NCBI GenBank assembly: GCA_951406725.2
Contig: OX597817.1
Coordinates: forward strand, 60,326,001-60,390,000
Direction of reading: 5' to 3'
Length of the DNA stretch: 64,000 bases
DNA from: Octopus vulgaris
Lineage: Eukaryota
Positions 1-13,915 of the stretch are shown piece by piece. A program made the translations under genes and the position numbers. Each line of letters begins with the position of its first letter. Position 1 is the first letter of the stretch. The notes under the pieces were generated by a model. That model had not been told where the DNA came from. It did not search any database and saw only the letters and a program-made list of their open reading frames with translations.

Positions 1-1100
1 GTACACATACACGTGCACACACACACATGCACACGTACACACACATATGCACACACACACATGCACACATACACACACATACAGATACGTACGTAACGGA
101 CACATGCACACACGCATACACGCACACACGTACATGCACACACACACACGCACACACGTACACGTATACCCCCCGACACACGTACACGGATAATTCCCCC
201 CACACTTGTATTATTGCGATGTGAATCTCCTGAAAAATTAATTTTTAATTTCTTCAAAAATTCTTCTTTACTCTCCACATTGTGTAGGGTTGTCAAATTA
301 ATTCGTTCGTTTCCGCACCACTTTCATTTAGTTTAATTCTTACCAATGTTATTTGAACTAACACGAAAAATATTTTTATTGTTATATTTTATGATGCTTT
401 TTTTTTTGTTTTTGCAACTTTATTCTTTCTCTACAACATTTGTTCATCGCTTTTAAAATCTGAATAAATTTTGCCTCTTTTCACATCTGAAGATCGAATG
501 GAAAAAAAGAAAAAGTAGAAAAAAGCGAATGAATTTATCGGACAACCAAATGTAGGAATATTTTTGTTATGAGTACACAATTATGGAGTTCCAGATGATA
601 TTTCATTCCAGATGCTAGTTAAATTGTATGAAGATGTTGAAATTAAATTTTTATTATTGTTGTTGTAGTGGACAACATTTTCGTCCAACTATTTTTTTGT
701 ACGGTATTTTCAACGTCAGACAATCCCGTCGTCACTTCTTATTTTGTATTGCATATCCAGAACTATTTTATGTGGCGTAAAATAAGGTCCGCTAACTGTC
801 GTGCTAATGACGGTTATTGAGTTAGAAACACGTGTAAACGACTGTCTTCTCTCCAGACAAAACGTCTGCTCTTTCATTTAACGGAATATCAATTTTGGAG
901 AATTCCAGATTATTCCCCCCCCCCCCAGTTCTGCTACTCGGTAATTATGACACATCTAAAGGCGGAGATAATTTTAATAAAAGCAGGAATGTATGTTGTA
1001 TAATATTTGATAGACCTGTATTTATCTAAGAAAGTTAAAGTAGGATTTGTTGCTATTTCTAACGAAATGTTTTCGTTGACTCACTTCATGATATGTGTCA

Positions 1101-1161
<61 letters not shown>

Positions 1162-1549
1162 CGTATGTAGGTAGGCACGTATGTATGTATGCCTGTATGT
1201 GAGTGTGTGTGTGTGTGTGTATGTACGTATATTGGCGTTGACGGAAATTAAGTAAGACTCGAAATCGCTAACTTTATTTACATGTGTCTCTTCTTTTTAA
1301 AATTCTTAGAATTCACTTCTGGAATTGAAGAGTTGGTTCCTCCACTGGAATTTTGACAGTAACAACTGTATAAAGTTACATGTTAAACTTCACAAAAAGT
1401 CTCATACATTTTCAGAGAATTGTTTACGGAGGGAATTTCAAGTCAAGGATATTAGGATGGGGGCGATGGATTGTTAGAATCGAAAGAGCGACGAACAAAA
1501 TGCTTTGCGGTGTTTAGTCACCTATCTTTACAAAAACAAAAACAACAGC

Positions 1550-1599
<50 letters not shown>

Positions 1600-1734
1600 C
1601 GTTGACGTCAAGGCCGACGACGGCGGCAACGAGAAGGGTTATTGTGGGTCAATGATCATACAAAGGGCATCAAATAATACGCATTCTCGAACATGTGCAC
1701 GCGTGGAAACATACGCACTCACACACATCCACAT

Positions 1735-1784
<50 letters not shown>

Positions 1785-1839
1785 ACACACACACACACAT
1801 CCACATCAACTCCCGCGTGCACGCACATATTCTTCAGCC

Positions 1840-2275
1840 GTCATCAACCAAGCGCCCTCCCTCTATCCTGAAGTCGGTTTGCCTCAACTCGCCAATTCCC
1901 TTTGTGTTGAACCGCATGCCTACACTCAGCCAGGCTTTTGTTTTCCGTCCATTCTCTAATATCATCAATGCACAAACATCTTTAACAGTCTCTTGCTCTA
2001 CCCCCACCGCTCTCCTTACCTCTCAGGATGGTCTTCTACTCGTGGCGCATTGCACGTCCTAAATGCGATCACTTTGTGCACTTGATTCCCAACAATATGT
2101 GTCTTTCGACTTTCTGCTTTTTCTCATACGCTGCAATCTTTATTACTCTAACTTTTACCGCATCTTCTGTTCGATCGGCAAAACATCTTCACCTCAAAGG
2201 CATCTTCTTTACCATTTTTCTCGACATTGTTCAAGTTTCTGCCCCGTAGAGTACAACTGCCATAATATATTTAAG
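1840..2275 (-). pseudogene. Degraded RTE-clade LINE 3' fragment
   Basis: Minus strand reads YIMAVVLYGAET*TMSRKM followed by AFEV in a shifted frame, matching the RTE C-terminal LYGxETW motif. Contains stops and frameshifts. Confidence 0.55.
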
Positions 2276-2880
2276 TATGCTTGACCTCCTGTGTATCCAT
2301 GAATATCTAGTTGCGTGCGTATGTATGTATGTATGTATGTATGTATGTATGTATGTATGTATGTATGTATCTCTCTCTCCCTCCTTCTCCCACTCTCTCC
2401 TTCCTTCTCTCTCTTCCTGTATATATATATATATTTATAATAAGTGTAGGTGGTATACGAGTGGATATATATTTATAAAAAGGAAGTTTGAAAACGCCAC
2501 TATATAAGATAAATTTTAATTTTCTTAGAAATTTTACATGTTTCGGTTCTTCTTGAAAAAACGAGCCTTATAAAAATATTTTAAAAAGTTAAGTGTAATA
2601 AAAAAGTTCATTATTATTTCTTACTAGTCTCAACTGAGTCCACGTGGTGTTTTTTTTGTGGGGAGGAAGCATAATAGCTGTCTTATGTGTTGACTAAAGT
2701 TGGGGAAATGACCAGTGGCCGAAATAGCAGTAGCAGCAGTGACTGTTGGTTGTAGTAGTAGTGACCGTGGTGGTGGTATTTGGAGTTGGAGTAGTTCATT
2801 GACTGTAGTAATAGCAGCAGCAGCTGTGGATGGAGTTGTGGTAGCAGTTCATTGGCTGTAGTAATAGCAGTAGCAGCAGA

Positions 2881-3240
2881 GGAGGCGCAATGGCCCAGTG
2901 GTTAGGGCAGCGGACTCGCGGTCGTAGGATCGCGGTTTCGATTCCCAGACCGGGCGTTGTGAGTGTTTATTGAGCGAAAACACCTAAAGCTCCACGGTGG
3001 TGATCCTTGCTGTACTCTTTCACCACAACTTTCTCTCACTCTTACTTCCTGTTTCTGTTGTACCTAAAGGGCCGGCCTTGTCACTCTGTGTCACGCTGAA
3101 TATCTCCGAGAACTACGTTAAGGGTACACGTGTCTGTGGAGTGCTCAGCCACTTACACGTTAATTTCACGAGCAGGCTGTTCCGTTGATCGGATCAATCG
3201 GAACCCTCGTCGTCGTAACCGACGGAGTGCTTCTCATCTC
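2881..3240 (+). mobile_element. tRNA-derived SINE (family A)
   Basis: Head GGAGGCGCAATGGCCCAGTGGTTAGG (A box) and GGTTTCGATTCC (B box), followed by an about 280 bp non-tRNA body. AGCAGCAG occurs on both flanks. Confidence 0.85.
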
Positions 3241-3487
3241 AGCAGCAGTGAAAGTGACCGTTATCAGCAGCAGTGGAACGCCATTTAAAACCTGAGCGAA
3301 TACCTTTTAAGCATTCTGAACGAGTCAAACTCGGCTAACTAAATTGAACGGTCAAAGAAATTGTAATCCACGAAGCCCGTAAAATTGCATCACGCTGTCT
3401 GTCCAGTTCTTAAGTCCAAAGTTAATACACAAAAAAAATTCAGTATAAGGTCGCAGAGAATAGTAGAAAATAAAACCAATAGAGAAT

Positions 3488-3668
3488 TATACAGTTTTAA
3501 TCAGACTACGCGCATTTCGGATACAAGGCTATTACATAATTCCGCAATTTATTAATCAATCATATTAATCAATCAAATATTTCTCGATTAATATGCACGA
3601 TTAATAAATCGCAGAAGAATACAACGTCAAAGTATCCGAAACGCGCATAGGCTGATTAAAACCGTATA
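3488..3668. repeat. Imperfect fold-back palindrome, about 180 bp
   Basis: TATACAGTTTTAATCAGACTACGCGCATTTCGGATAC pairs with GTATCCGAAACGCGCATAGGCTGATTAAAACCGTATA. Inner arms TCCGCAATTTATTAATC/GATTAATAAATCGCAGA and CATATTAATC/GATTAATATG also pair. Confidence 0.85.
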
Positions 3669-3717
3669 AAAAGCTCCATTCGTACGGTCTGTGTGTGTGT
3701 GTATGTATTACACCACG

Positions 3718-3788
<71 letters not shown>

Positions 3789-4122
3789 GTAAGAAACTAC
3801 CGAATAGGTTGTACACTTTGCAAACCCATTCGTTTGTTTCGTACCCTTATTGTTTTACGCTACACCAAGCATTCTACTAGTCGTCGAATTATTAGTTAAT
3901 AAGTGGAATTGCAAGTCATAGCACAATCATCGTTCGACCTTATCTCCTATTGACTTAGACTTACACAAAAAACAATAGGACGCATTTATAGCCAAAGTAA
4001 TTTGCATAAATGACGTTAGAGAAATATCTCAGAGTGGCTAGTGGCATGCCTTTGAATAACACAGACGAAAAGCCTTATGCCAAATACAGCATAAGTTCTT
4101 GATTTCTTAAAATTATTTTCTG

Positions 4123-4504
4123 CTCTAGGCACAAGGCCCGAACTTTTGGGGGAGGTGGGCCAGTCGATTAGATCCACCCCAGCGCGTAACTGGCACTTAA
4201 TTTATCGACCCCGAAAGAATGAAAGCAAAGTCGTCAGAATTTGAACTCAGAACGTAGCGGCAGACGAAATACCTATTTCTTTACTACCCAAAAGGGGCTA
4301 AACACAGAGGAGACGAACAAGGACAGACAAACGGATTAAGTAGATTACATCGACCCCAGTGCGTAACTGGTACTTATTTAATCTACCCCGAAAGGATGAA
4401 AGGCAAAGTCGACCACGGCGGAATTTGAACTCAGAATGTAGTGGCAGACGAAATACCGCTAAGCATTTCGTCCGGCGCGCTAACATTTCGGTCAGCTTGC
4501 CGCC
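4123..4504 (-). mobile_element. Two adjacent copies of SINE family B
   Basis: Reverse complement of 6085-6317. A full copy lies at 4272-4504 and a partial copy at 4123-4271. Confidence 0.85.
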
Positions 4505-5082
4505 TTTTTGGTTTGGTAAAATTATCTCTGATTCAAGACGATGTGTCATAATTACAAAATGGCAATTAAGACAAGCTCCACTTGAGAAAGAGAAACCCAT
4601 GTATGCACTCTGTTTTACCGATTCTAAACGAAAGGTTCATACATCCATTGGGTAGATAAATTCCACAATGGTATATGATATTTGTTTTCCGTCTTAGATA
4701 ATTATGTCAGCCTTGCTATGTTTATTTTCAGTTGATTTTTGATGAGAATGCTGCATCAGTATCGCCGTGTTAAAATGCTTAGTTGTATTTAACGTCTGTA
4801 GAACCCTTTTCTTTTTTGATACTTCCCCTAAGCCTGCCGTCGCTACATATAGTATTGTATGTTGTTTAAACAAACGCTAATGGACCAAAAGGAGAAAGTA
4901 GGCCGCAGCAACTGGTGCTCGAGTGTGTAATGTGTTCTGGAGGAATGCGACGGTTTCTTTATGACATCTTGAAATGCATGCATCGTGTGTGCACGAAACA
5001 GTGATGCAGAGGAGCTGTATGGGTGCCAGTCTGTGTCTGTCGGCCTTTACGGATGTTTAGCATACACACATTGGTATATACT

Positions 5083-5115
<33 letters not shown>

Positions 5116-5361
5116 TATATACATATATACATATATACATGCATATATATTTATACACACACACACACACACACATATATATTTATAAACAAACACACAT
5201 ATACATGTATGCATATATACATATATACATATAATGCTACATATATACATATACACATAAATGTATACAAACATTGTTTTCGGCTAAAGGCGGTGCTCCA
5301 ACATGGCCATAGTCAAATGATTGAAACAAGTAAAAGAATATATATATATATACATGTATAT

Positions 5362-5551
5362 ATTTCTTTATTGCCCACAGGGGGCTAAATACAGAGGGTA
5401 CAAACAAAAGGATTATGTCGATTGCATTTACCCCAAAAAGCATGAAAGGCAAAGTCGACCTCGGCGGAATTTGAACTCAGAACGTAACGGCAGACGAAAT
5501 ACCGCTGAGTATTTCGCCCGGCGTGCTAACGTTTCTGCCAGCTCGCCGCCT
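5362..5551 (-). mobile_element. SINE family B
   Basis: High similarity to 6085-6317 on the opposite strand. Confidence 0.85.
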
Positions 5552-6084
5552 TATGTATGTATTAGTTTGTAACTGTAAGTATATTAATAGGTGTGTATGT
5601 AGGTAGATTTAAAAAGAAATGAAACGGGAAAATAATTAGAAATGGTGTTTGATAGACGAGGAATCAAGCAAATGACATCTGCCATGGTAATTGTCAACAT
5701 ACCAATGTTTTGTAAAACAAAAAAATGTCTACTTCCGCCGGATGTGAAATGTTTTGCGCATCAAGCACGTCTCATCAGCCCGGCTAATGTTTCTGATTTT
5801 TGCGTCTAATTGATTTATTTGCAGTTACACTTAACCATCAACAAAACCTGCAGAAGACGAAATAGCTTCGATATCGTACCCACCAGTTACACATCATCAT
5901 CATCATTATTATTGCCTCATCGTCATCGTCGTCGGCGCTGGCGTTATCACCACCATCACCATCACCACCACCACTACCACCACCATCATCATGAAAAAGA
6001 TATTAAATGTATTTTCTCTTTTCTTGTGATAAAATTGTAGACAATTTTTTTTTTTTTTTAAAAGAAGGTGGCGGTAGTGTTAGA

Positions 6085-6317
6085 GGCGGCGAGCTGGCAG
6101 AAACGTTAGCAGGCCGGGCGAAATGCTTAGCGGTATTTCGTCTGCCGCTACTTTCTGAGTTCAAATTCCGCCGAGGTCGACTTTGCCTTTCATCCTTTCG
6201 GGGTCGATAAATTAAGCACCAGTTACGCACTGGGGTCGATGTAATCGACTTAATACCCATGTCTGTCCTTGTTTGTCCCCTCTATGTTTAGCCCCTTGTG
6301 GGTAATAAAGAAATAGG
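6085..6317 (+). mobile_element. SINE family B (tRNA-like head, Nin-like central domain)
   Basis: GGCGGCGAGCTGGCAGAA head, B-box-like GAGTTCAAATTCC, and central GCCTTTCATCCTTTCGGGGTCGATAAATTAAG. More than ten copies or fragments occur in the window. Confidence 0.85.
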
Positions 6318-7985
6318 TAGTGTTAGAGAAAGAATTGGTCACCGATGTTGCAGTTTTGTGTTGATGACGACGATGATGATGATGGTGGTGGTGGTGTTGA
6401 TGGTGTTCTTTCTCTACCAGTAAATCTTGAAAAACAATTTTATCACAAGAAAACACAATGTATGTAGAATATCGATCTGTGGGGCCCAGTAGGTCTCTTA
6501 AGGGTCATAAGTTCGATAAAAATACAACCCCCCCCCCCAAAAAAAAAACTGGAGACTGAGTTTATTTAAAATGTTATCAATAACACTCAACAAGTGGAAA
6601 GTGCTTGGGTCTGCCTCAAGCGAGGAAATAAACGGTGCTGTGGCATAACATATCGTTTTTATTATTATTTTTTTAATGTTATGCTGTAGTTTAAGCAAAA
6701 TTTGGGCATGTAAAGAGATTTCGTAAAGATTTAGTGTGTGAAGTTCCCATGGGGAGAAGCAGTCACGACTTCCAGTATGTCCAGCAATGGAGACTGCCGA
6801 TTGGCTAAATTTATATAATTTTAAATGCATCTAACATTTTTGTTATTAAATTTTAGAAAAAAGAAATGAATGCGATTCATCATCAGCAAACAAAACTATA
6901 TCGAAATCACATTGTTTTTTTTTAAAAAATAATCTGTTGAAAATTCGAAAACCGTCAAAAATGTTAGAAGAAACTTAACAAGATTTGCATTTTCTGAAGT
7001 CTCCATTACTTTCTCTACCAGTATTACTAGCAAAAATACCAGTAATGTCATCAGTTCCAGCAGCTGATCATACATAGGTCTGCTCAGTCAGAACTCTCTT
7101 GGTACTAAAAAAACAATTACAAGAACGCTACTGGATAACGAGGAAAAGTCTATGTGGCTGCCAGGCCTGCTAGAAAAAGTAATCAGATCTCTCTCTCTCT
7201 CTCTCTCTCTCAAATTACTCTCCTTTGTTAAAAAAATAACATTAGATATTGTCTGTGAGACACGGTAAGGCAAAAGCAAATGGCAGGGTAGGGACGGTTT
7301 CAGCTCCAGCTTTAGACTTGCTAAATAAAAGTCACCCTCAGGCCAAATAGCAACACCAATAACAGCAGCAGCAGCCGTTCAAGGATTTGGACCTGGAGAT
7401 CTCCATTTCCCCCGACTTCGAGGGCATCAACGAAGAGCCAACGACTACAACAAGACGACCAAAGTTTATTTTTCCCAAGGTCTGGGGTCACCCGCCCTTA
7501 AGCCCTAGAACATCACCTAATCACCCTTACCCGTCTTGTTGCTTAACAACAACAACAACAGCAGCAGCGACAGCTACACGACCTATGAATAAGGCAACAT
7601 GTTAAGGATGGCGGAGCTTTACTTTATGAAAAAGACGAAGAGATCGAGGAGGGGGGGGCGATAAAAAGATTTGCATTTATCTTTTACCTATTTCATTCAT
7701 TGAAAGGATTTTGTCGAACAAATCGACTCCAGCACTTCTTTTTAAAGTCTGCTACTTATTCTATCGGGTCTCTTTTGCCGGACCATTAAGTTACGGAAAC
7801 GAAAACAAACCAATACCGATTGCCAAGTAGTGGAGACAAATACAAGCACAAAAGATATACGTACATGCATACATACATACATACATACATACATACATAC
7901 ATACATACATACATACATTCGTATATATGTACATACATACATGCATAGAAACATAGATGCATACATATGTACACACAAATCTCCC

Positions 7986-8029
<44 letters not shown>

Positions 8030-10187
8030 TTATCAATCTATATGATATACATACCACGGGTTTCCAAACAATTCCAGTTTACCAAATTGACAAGGTATTA
8101 ACCGGTCCAAGGCTATGTTAGAAGTTTATTGCCCAAAGTAAACCAAATATTTTAGTTTCTGAGAAACTTGTCCCGACTTAAGACCTTTGAGCACATGGAA
8201 CCACCATTCCAAGTTAGAGAAACGTATGTTCGTTACTACCTGCACAACGTCTATATTCTACAAAACGTAAACATTTGTTCAATTAAGATGGTTCATACAG
8301 CCGTCACACAATGTCTTTTCCATATTCTGAGATTAAAAATAAGACCCGCACTGTGTTTGCTACGTCGAGTTTTTGGCCCCGAAGGGAATCAGCCAATGCT
8401 ATTGCCCTTTCTTTTGCCTCTCTGTTTGTGTGTCTGCCTCTGTCTTATTGTATGTAGAAATCTCTGTGTCTGTCTCTCCCCGCTCTGTCAATATATCTCT
8501 AACAACATCTTTCTGCTGTTCCTTATTTTGTCGTCTGTCTCCATCGCTTGTCTGGCTGCTTTATTTGCCTGAATGCCTGTCTGCTTGCTTGCATCTCTGT
8601 CTGTCTGTCTGTTCGTATACTGATTTCATTTCTGGTTTATCTTTTGGATGTTTTATCAACCACAGACTAGCAGCCTATCCTAGGGGAATTCACCTCACAT
8701 ATGTCTGGCGCTGCAGCAACCGGATATAAGTTCTAGGGGTATGATAATGTAATTCAGGAAAAGAATTAGCAAGCTTTTAGATCAGTTTGTATGTCTATCA
8801 ATATGCCCATCTGTCTATCTTAGTATATGTGCCCTCTGTGTCTTATGTAAAGGATTTTCTCTCAGTCAATATATCTAACGATTTGTCGACCTCTTCTCTG
8901 TCCTGTCTGTGTGTGTCTATCTTCTACACTTTGTTGTCTTCCAGTCTGTCTGCCCAGACTCTCTCAATAGGTCTATAATCATTGGGCCACCAATATGTCT
9001 GCCCATCCACCTATTTGCGAATTTCCTCTGCTTCGTCGTCTGTCTTTCAGTTCTGGGAAGTAAACTTAATCCAGCACCCGGCTTAACATCGCCCTCTAGC
9101 ATTTTGGGTGCCTTTAGCGGAATTCATTCTGTTGCAAGGATTCGGGGCCGGTGTCTGTATTAAGGACACCTCCCCGCCTGCTACTAATCTCGGAGACCTT
9201 ATCCAAAGCTTATATCCAGTACCTTTCTCTCCTAACTAAAAGATTTAAAAGAATGTCCGTCTATAGATCTATCTTTCGGTACTTCTCTCTTTCTCATTAG
9301 TGTATGTGTGTCGCCAATGTTTTGTTGCTTGTCTATCGATCTCTCTGTCCTGTCTCTCTGAACATGTCCTTTCAGTTTAGCAGATCTATCTACCTGCCAA
9401 TTTTTCTACTTTGTCTATCTGACTATCTTCGTAGGTCTATCCACCTATCTATTTGTCTACTTGTATATCTTTCTAGTTCTATCCATCTGCCTATTTATCT
9501 CAGTAAATCCCATCTACATATCTGCCTATCTACCCATCTGCCTCTCTCTCGATCATATTGTGTCTGTCTTCTGACTATTGAGTCCATCCTTCTGTTTTCT
9601 GCTTGTGGACGTCCTCTATTTTATTGACCCTCTCCGACCTAATCAATCTGTCCCCAGTCTTATTGTGTCTGTTTGTCTTCGCTTTATTGTTTGCTGTTTC
9701 TCAATATGGCCTCCAGTAAATCCGACCAAGTCACCTTTGCTTTTGTTATCCATCTACTACTCTATCAACCGCTTTGTCTGTTTGTCTAAAACCTCTCATT
9801 TGATTCCTTCTCTATCTCTCTCCAGAACATTTATCTTCTCACGGGCAGCCTCTCCTATCATCTCTATCACTGGTTTTCGTTTTGTCCGCATACACCTCGG
9901 CTTTTGTCTTCCACCGAATTCAATCTGTTCCCTCTCTTTTCTTCTATTTGCGCGACCCAGCTTTATCTTGTCTGTTAGGGATAGGGTCTTCTCTGCTTTG
10001 TTGTTTGATTTCAGTAGGTTCATAGGCATGTAAGTACACACACACGCGCATATATACACATACACACCACACATATCTATATATACATATATATTTATAT
10101 GCACACAAGTACGCCTATGTATGTATGTATGTATGTATGTATGTATGTATGTATGTATGTATGTATGTATGTATGTATGTATGTATG

Positions 10188-10224
<37 letters not shown>

Positions 10225-10697
10225 GTCTGTTTGTCTGTCAGTCTGTCTGTCAGTCTGTCAGTCTGTCTACACACATATTCATGTATATGTAAATAAATAA
10301 GTATATTAGGCACACACACACATGCACACACACACACTTGTATGTATATCTACATATATCTATGCGTTTGCAGAAATATATACATGCATACATATATAAC
10401 TTATAAATCTAAATGCATGTATATTCATACATATTAGGATACACTGACTCACATGTACACACACACACACAAACACACACATACACACACTCACACACTT
10501 ACATAGGGAGAACAATGTGTGCTTCAGCTGTCACGTTACATCATGTGTGTTGCTGACAGAAAGATTTAGAAGGTGTCATCGCCGGGGCATAACTCGATTT
10601 TTTCAGAGAAGGAAAAACCCTCAGCACGCGCAGTCTTCTCGAATACTTACCTGCCTGACTCTTCGCAGAGGGGGGGGAGGGGGGAGACATACAAAGA

Positions 10698-10841
<144 letters not shown>

Positions 10842-10937
10842 CGCAGTCCCGACATTCGTTATTCATACTCAGCAAGTTTAATCATTTATTATCATCGTTA
10901 TTGTTGTTGAAGTTATTCATTATGTGTGTGTGTATGC

Positions 10938-10976
<39 letters not shown>

Positions 10977-11082
10977 TTCTTTGAACTTTACAACGTCAGA
11001 TTCTGTTTTCCAACTATTCTGGCAATGATCTTCTGATCTAATGCCATCATATTACCCTCCTACCCACCATCTCTCTCGCTGT

Positions 11083-11189
<107 letters not shown>

Positions 11190-11259
11190 CACACATATAT
11201 ATATAACATATATATATATATATATATACGTATATATATATATGTATATATATATGTAT

Positions 11260-11353
<94 letters not shown>

Positions 11354-11569
11354 AATATGTGTCTATGTGTTCATCTATTTATACATATATATATCTGTGT
11401 GTATGTGTGTGTGTGTGTGTGTGTGTGCGAGCGTGCGTGTGAGAATGTGTATGTGTGTGTGTCCGTGTATGTAAAATATAGACAAACTATATGGCATCAT
11501 ATCATTGCGAAAATAAATGGGAAGCAGTGTATGTATATTTATATGTATGTATAATCATACATTTACATC

Positions 11570-11603
<34 letters not shown>

Positions 11604-12061
11604 CACACACACTCACATACACACACAGATGCATATACATACACGCATACTTATATACACATATATTACATATCCACATAGCTAAAAGTTTCGTTTACAC
11701 GTGTGTGTGTTTGTACACACACGCACACCTGTATACACACACATACACACAGACACGCACACACACACACACTCTCTCACACACACATGCATGTACGATG
11801 GTATTTAACCAGTTCGTGTACGTTCGAGCTCATAAACTTCTCTTTTTAGAATGATGTTCAAAGACATTGCACTATGAGTGATGTCATCGGAGAGTGAAGT
11901 GCACGTGTTTCTGCATTGTTTCGCTTCATCAGCAACCAATACCGAATTCATCGTTCACAGATCATTCCTGTATGTATGTATGTATGTATGTATGTATGTA
12001 TGTATGTATGTATGTATGTATGTATGTATGTATGTATGTATGTATGCATGTATGTATGTAT

Positions 12062-13519
12062 GTCATTATTCAGTTTATTTCAAGATTTCTTGCCAATAGA
12101 GAAAGAACCGGTTTCTAACCTAGATCCAAGGTTCCCTCATTGGAATTTCAACATCAACAACTGGGTATTTTTGTATGTATGTATGTATGTGCAGACTTGT
12201 ATGTTTTATGTATGTATTCTCATGCATATACTTGCATATCTAGACACTCATATATATTTAAATGATAAAATTCTGTAAAGTTTTACAGATTTTTACAGTT
12301 TCGTGATGGACTGGATCTGTAGTCTTTGAATTACTTTCTCCTTTCTGGTTTTAAGATGCCTAATTTCTCAAGATTGGTATTTAGGCAGTGTGTTACATAT
12401 CCCAGGGCCCCAATAATTGCAGGTATAAATGTGAACTTGTAATCTGGATAGAGTAACTGCAGATTTCGCAATATTTCAGTATAGGTGTTCCCTTTTCCAC
12501 TGATCTTCAGCTTTATGTTAACATCTGCTGGGCAGCTAATTTCCACAACTGTGCACAGTTTTTCTTCTCTATCCCAAATAATTTAATCAGGTCTGTTGTC
12601 CTTACATTTTATGGAGGTCTCGGGATCATCCTTCCAACTGATTTCATTATAGAGTGTCCTAGCTCCAACATCATGTCTCTTCTGTATTTAATACCGTGAT
12701 GACATTTTCGGGCAACTACTTATGATGTAGGTGTTATCCTCAGTGTGGTCTCCACAAAGTCTGCATCGGTTGTCACATTTTACGGTTTTTCCTGCGTCTC
12801 TATCCCTTTTGTACAGCAGGTACTTGGTTGATATTTCCTGTTCCTGGATTGCAAGCACATACCCTTCAAAGTGGGAGGTAGTAATCCTGCTATTGGTCCA
12901 TGATAAATTGCTTTGATGATCGATGTTACTATCATCTCAGAGCTTTCTACTAACATATCCATGCGTAGTCTTCTGCTCGTATAGGCTCATGCCTTTCATC
13001 TGATGATACGTTGCGGTAGAGTCGTGCGACTTCTTTGGGCATGTATTCTAGGTTATCAGATAAGGAATGTTGCTCAAGGAGCAGCCTTCCAAGTCTTATG
13101 ATGTTATTAGCCTCATGTATGCAAACTTGGCCAAGGGATGCACTTCGATGCTTGGTAGTTAAAAGATGTCGCCAAAGGGATATTATGCGACATTCAAAGG
13201 CATTTTGGATTGATGTTAAGCCTCTGCCGCCTTGTTTTCCTTTTTAAGTAGAGGCGGTCTACGTCACTGTTTATGAGGAAATTGTGTGCTTGTTAGTATT
13301 TTTCGGGTTTTCACATCAATGGCTCGGATCTCATCAAGCGTCCAATCAAGCAGCCCAGATGTTTGTATGAGTACTGGCACTGCAAACACATTGCGGGCCA
13401 CTGTTTTATTGAATGCAGAGAGTTATGAGGTCCAAATTTTCTTTATTCGGTTGTGATATTCATTAGTGACACGTGTTTTGTCATAGGTGCCATTCTAAGA
13501 TATATATTCATCCACACCT
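12062..13519 (-). mobile_element. 5'-truncated R4/Dong-clade non-LTR retrotransposon inside a (CATA)n array
   Basis: Minus-strand reading across frameshifts gives AFNKTVARNVFAVPVL, VDRLYL..GGRGL, CRLCG..SSCPKMSSRY (degraded zinc knuckle), NRPD..WD..VEISCP (restriction-like endonuclease) and FIPAIIGALG, with a stop at about 12258. (TATG)n flanks both sides. Confidence 0.88.
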
Positions 13520-13564
13520 GTATGTATGTATGTATGCATGTATGTATGCATGTATGTATGTATG

Positions 13565-13598
<34 letters not shown>

Positions 13599-13733
13599 TG
13601 TATGTATGTATGTATGCATACATACATACATACATACATATACATGCATATATACATACATACATACATACATACATACATACATGCATGCATACATACA
13701 TACATGCATACATACATACATACATACATATAT

Positions 13734-13767
<34 letters not shown>

Positions 13768-13847
13768 GTATGTATGCATGTATGTATGTATGTATGAATG
13801 TATGTATGAATGTATGTATGTATACATGTATATATATATATATATAT

Positions 13848-13912
<65 letters not shown>

Positions 13913-13915
<3 letters not shown>

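Noticed and set aside
2881-2960. tRNA gene (also 42238-42312)
   Set aside because: No clean cloverleaf or terminator, and the sequence continues into a SINE body.
6018-6454. 20 bp inverted repeat TTTTCTTGTGATAAAATTGT around a SINE
   Set aside because: The match is real but short and AT-rich, with no target-site duplication or family signature to call an element.
10644-10654. ATACTTACCTG, matching the U1 snRNA 5' end or a minus-strand splice donor
   Set aside because: No further U1 similarity and no supportable exon upstream.
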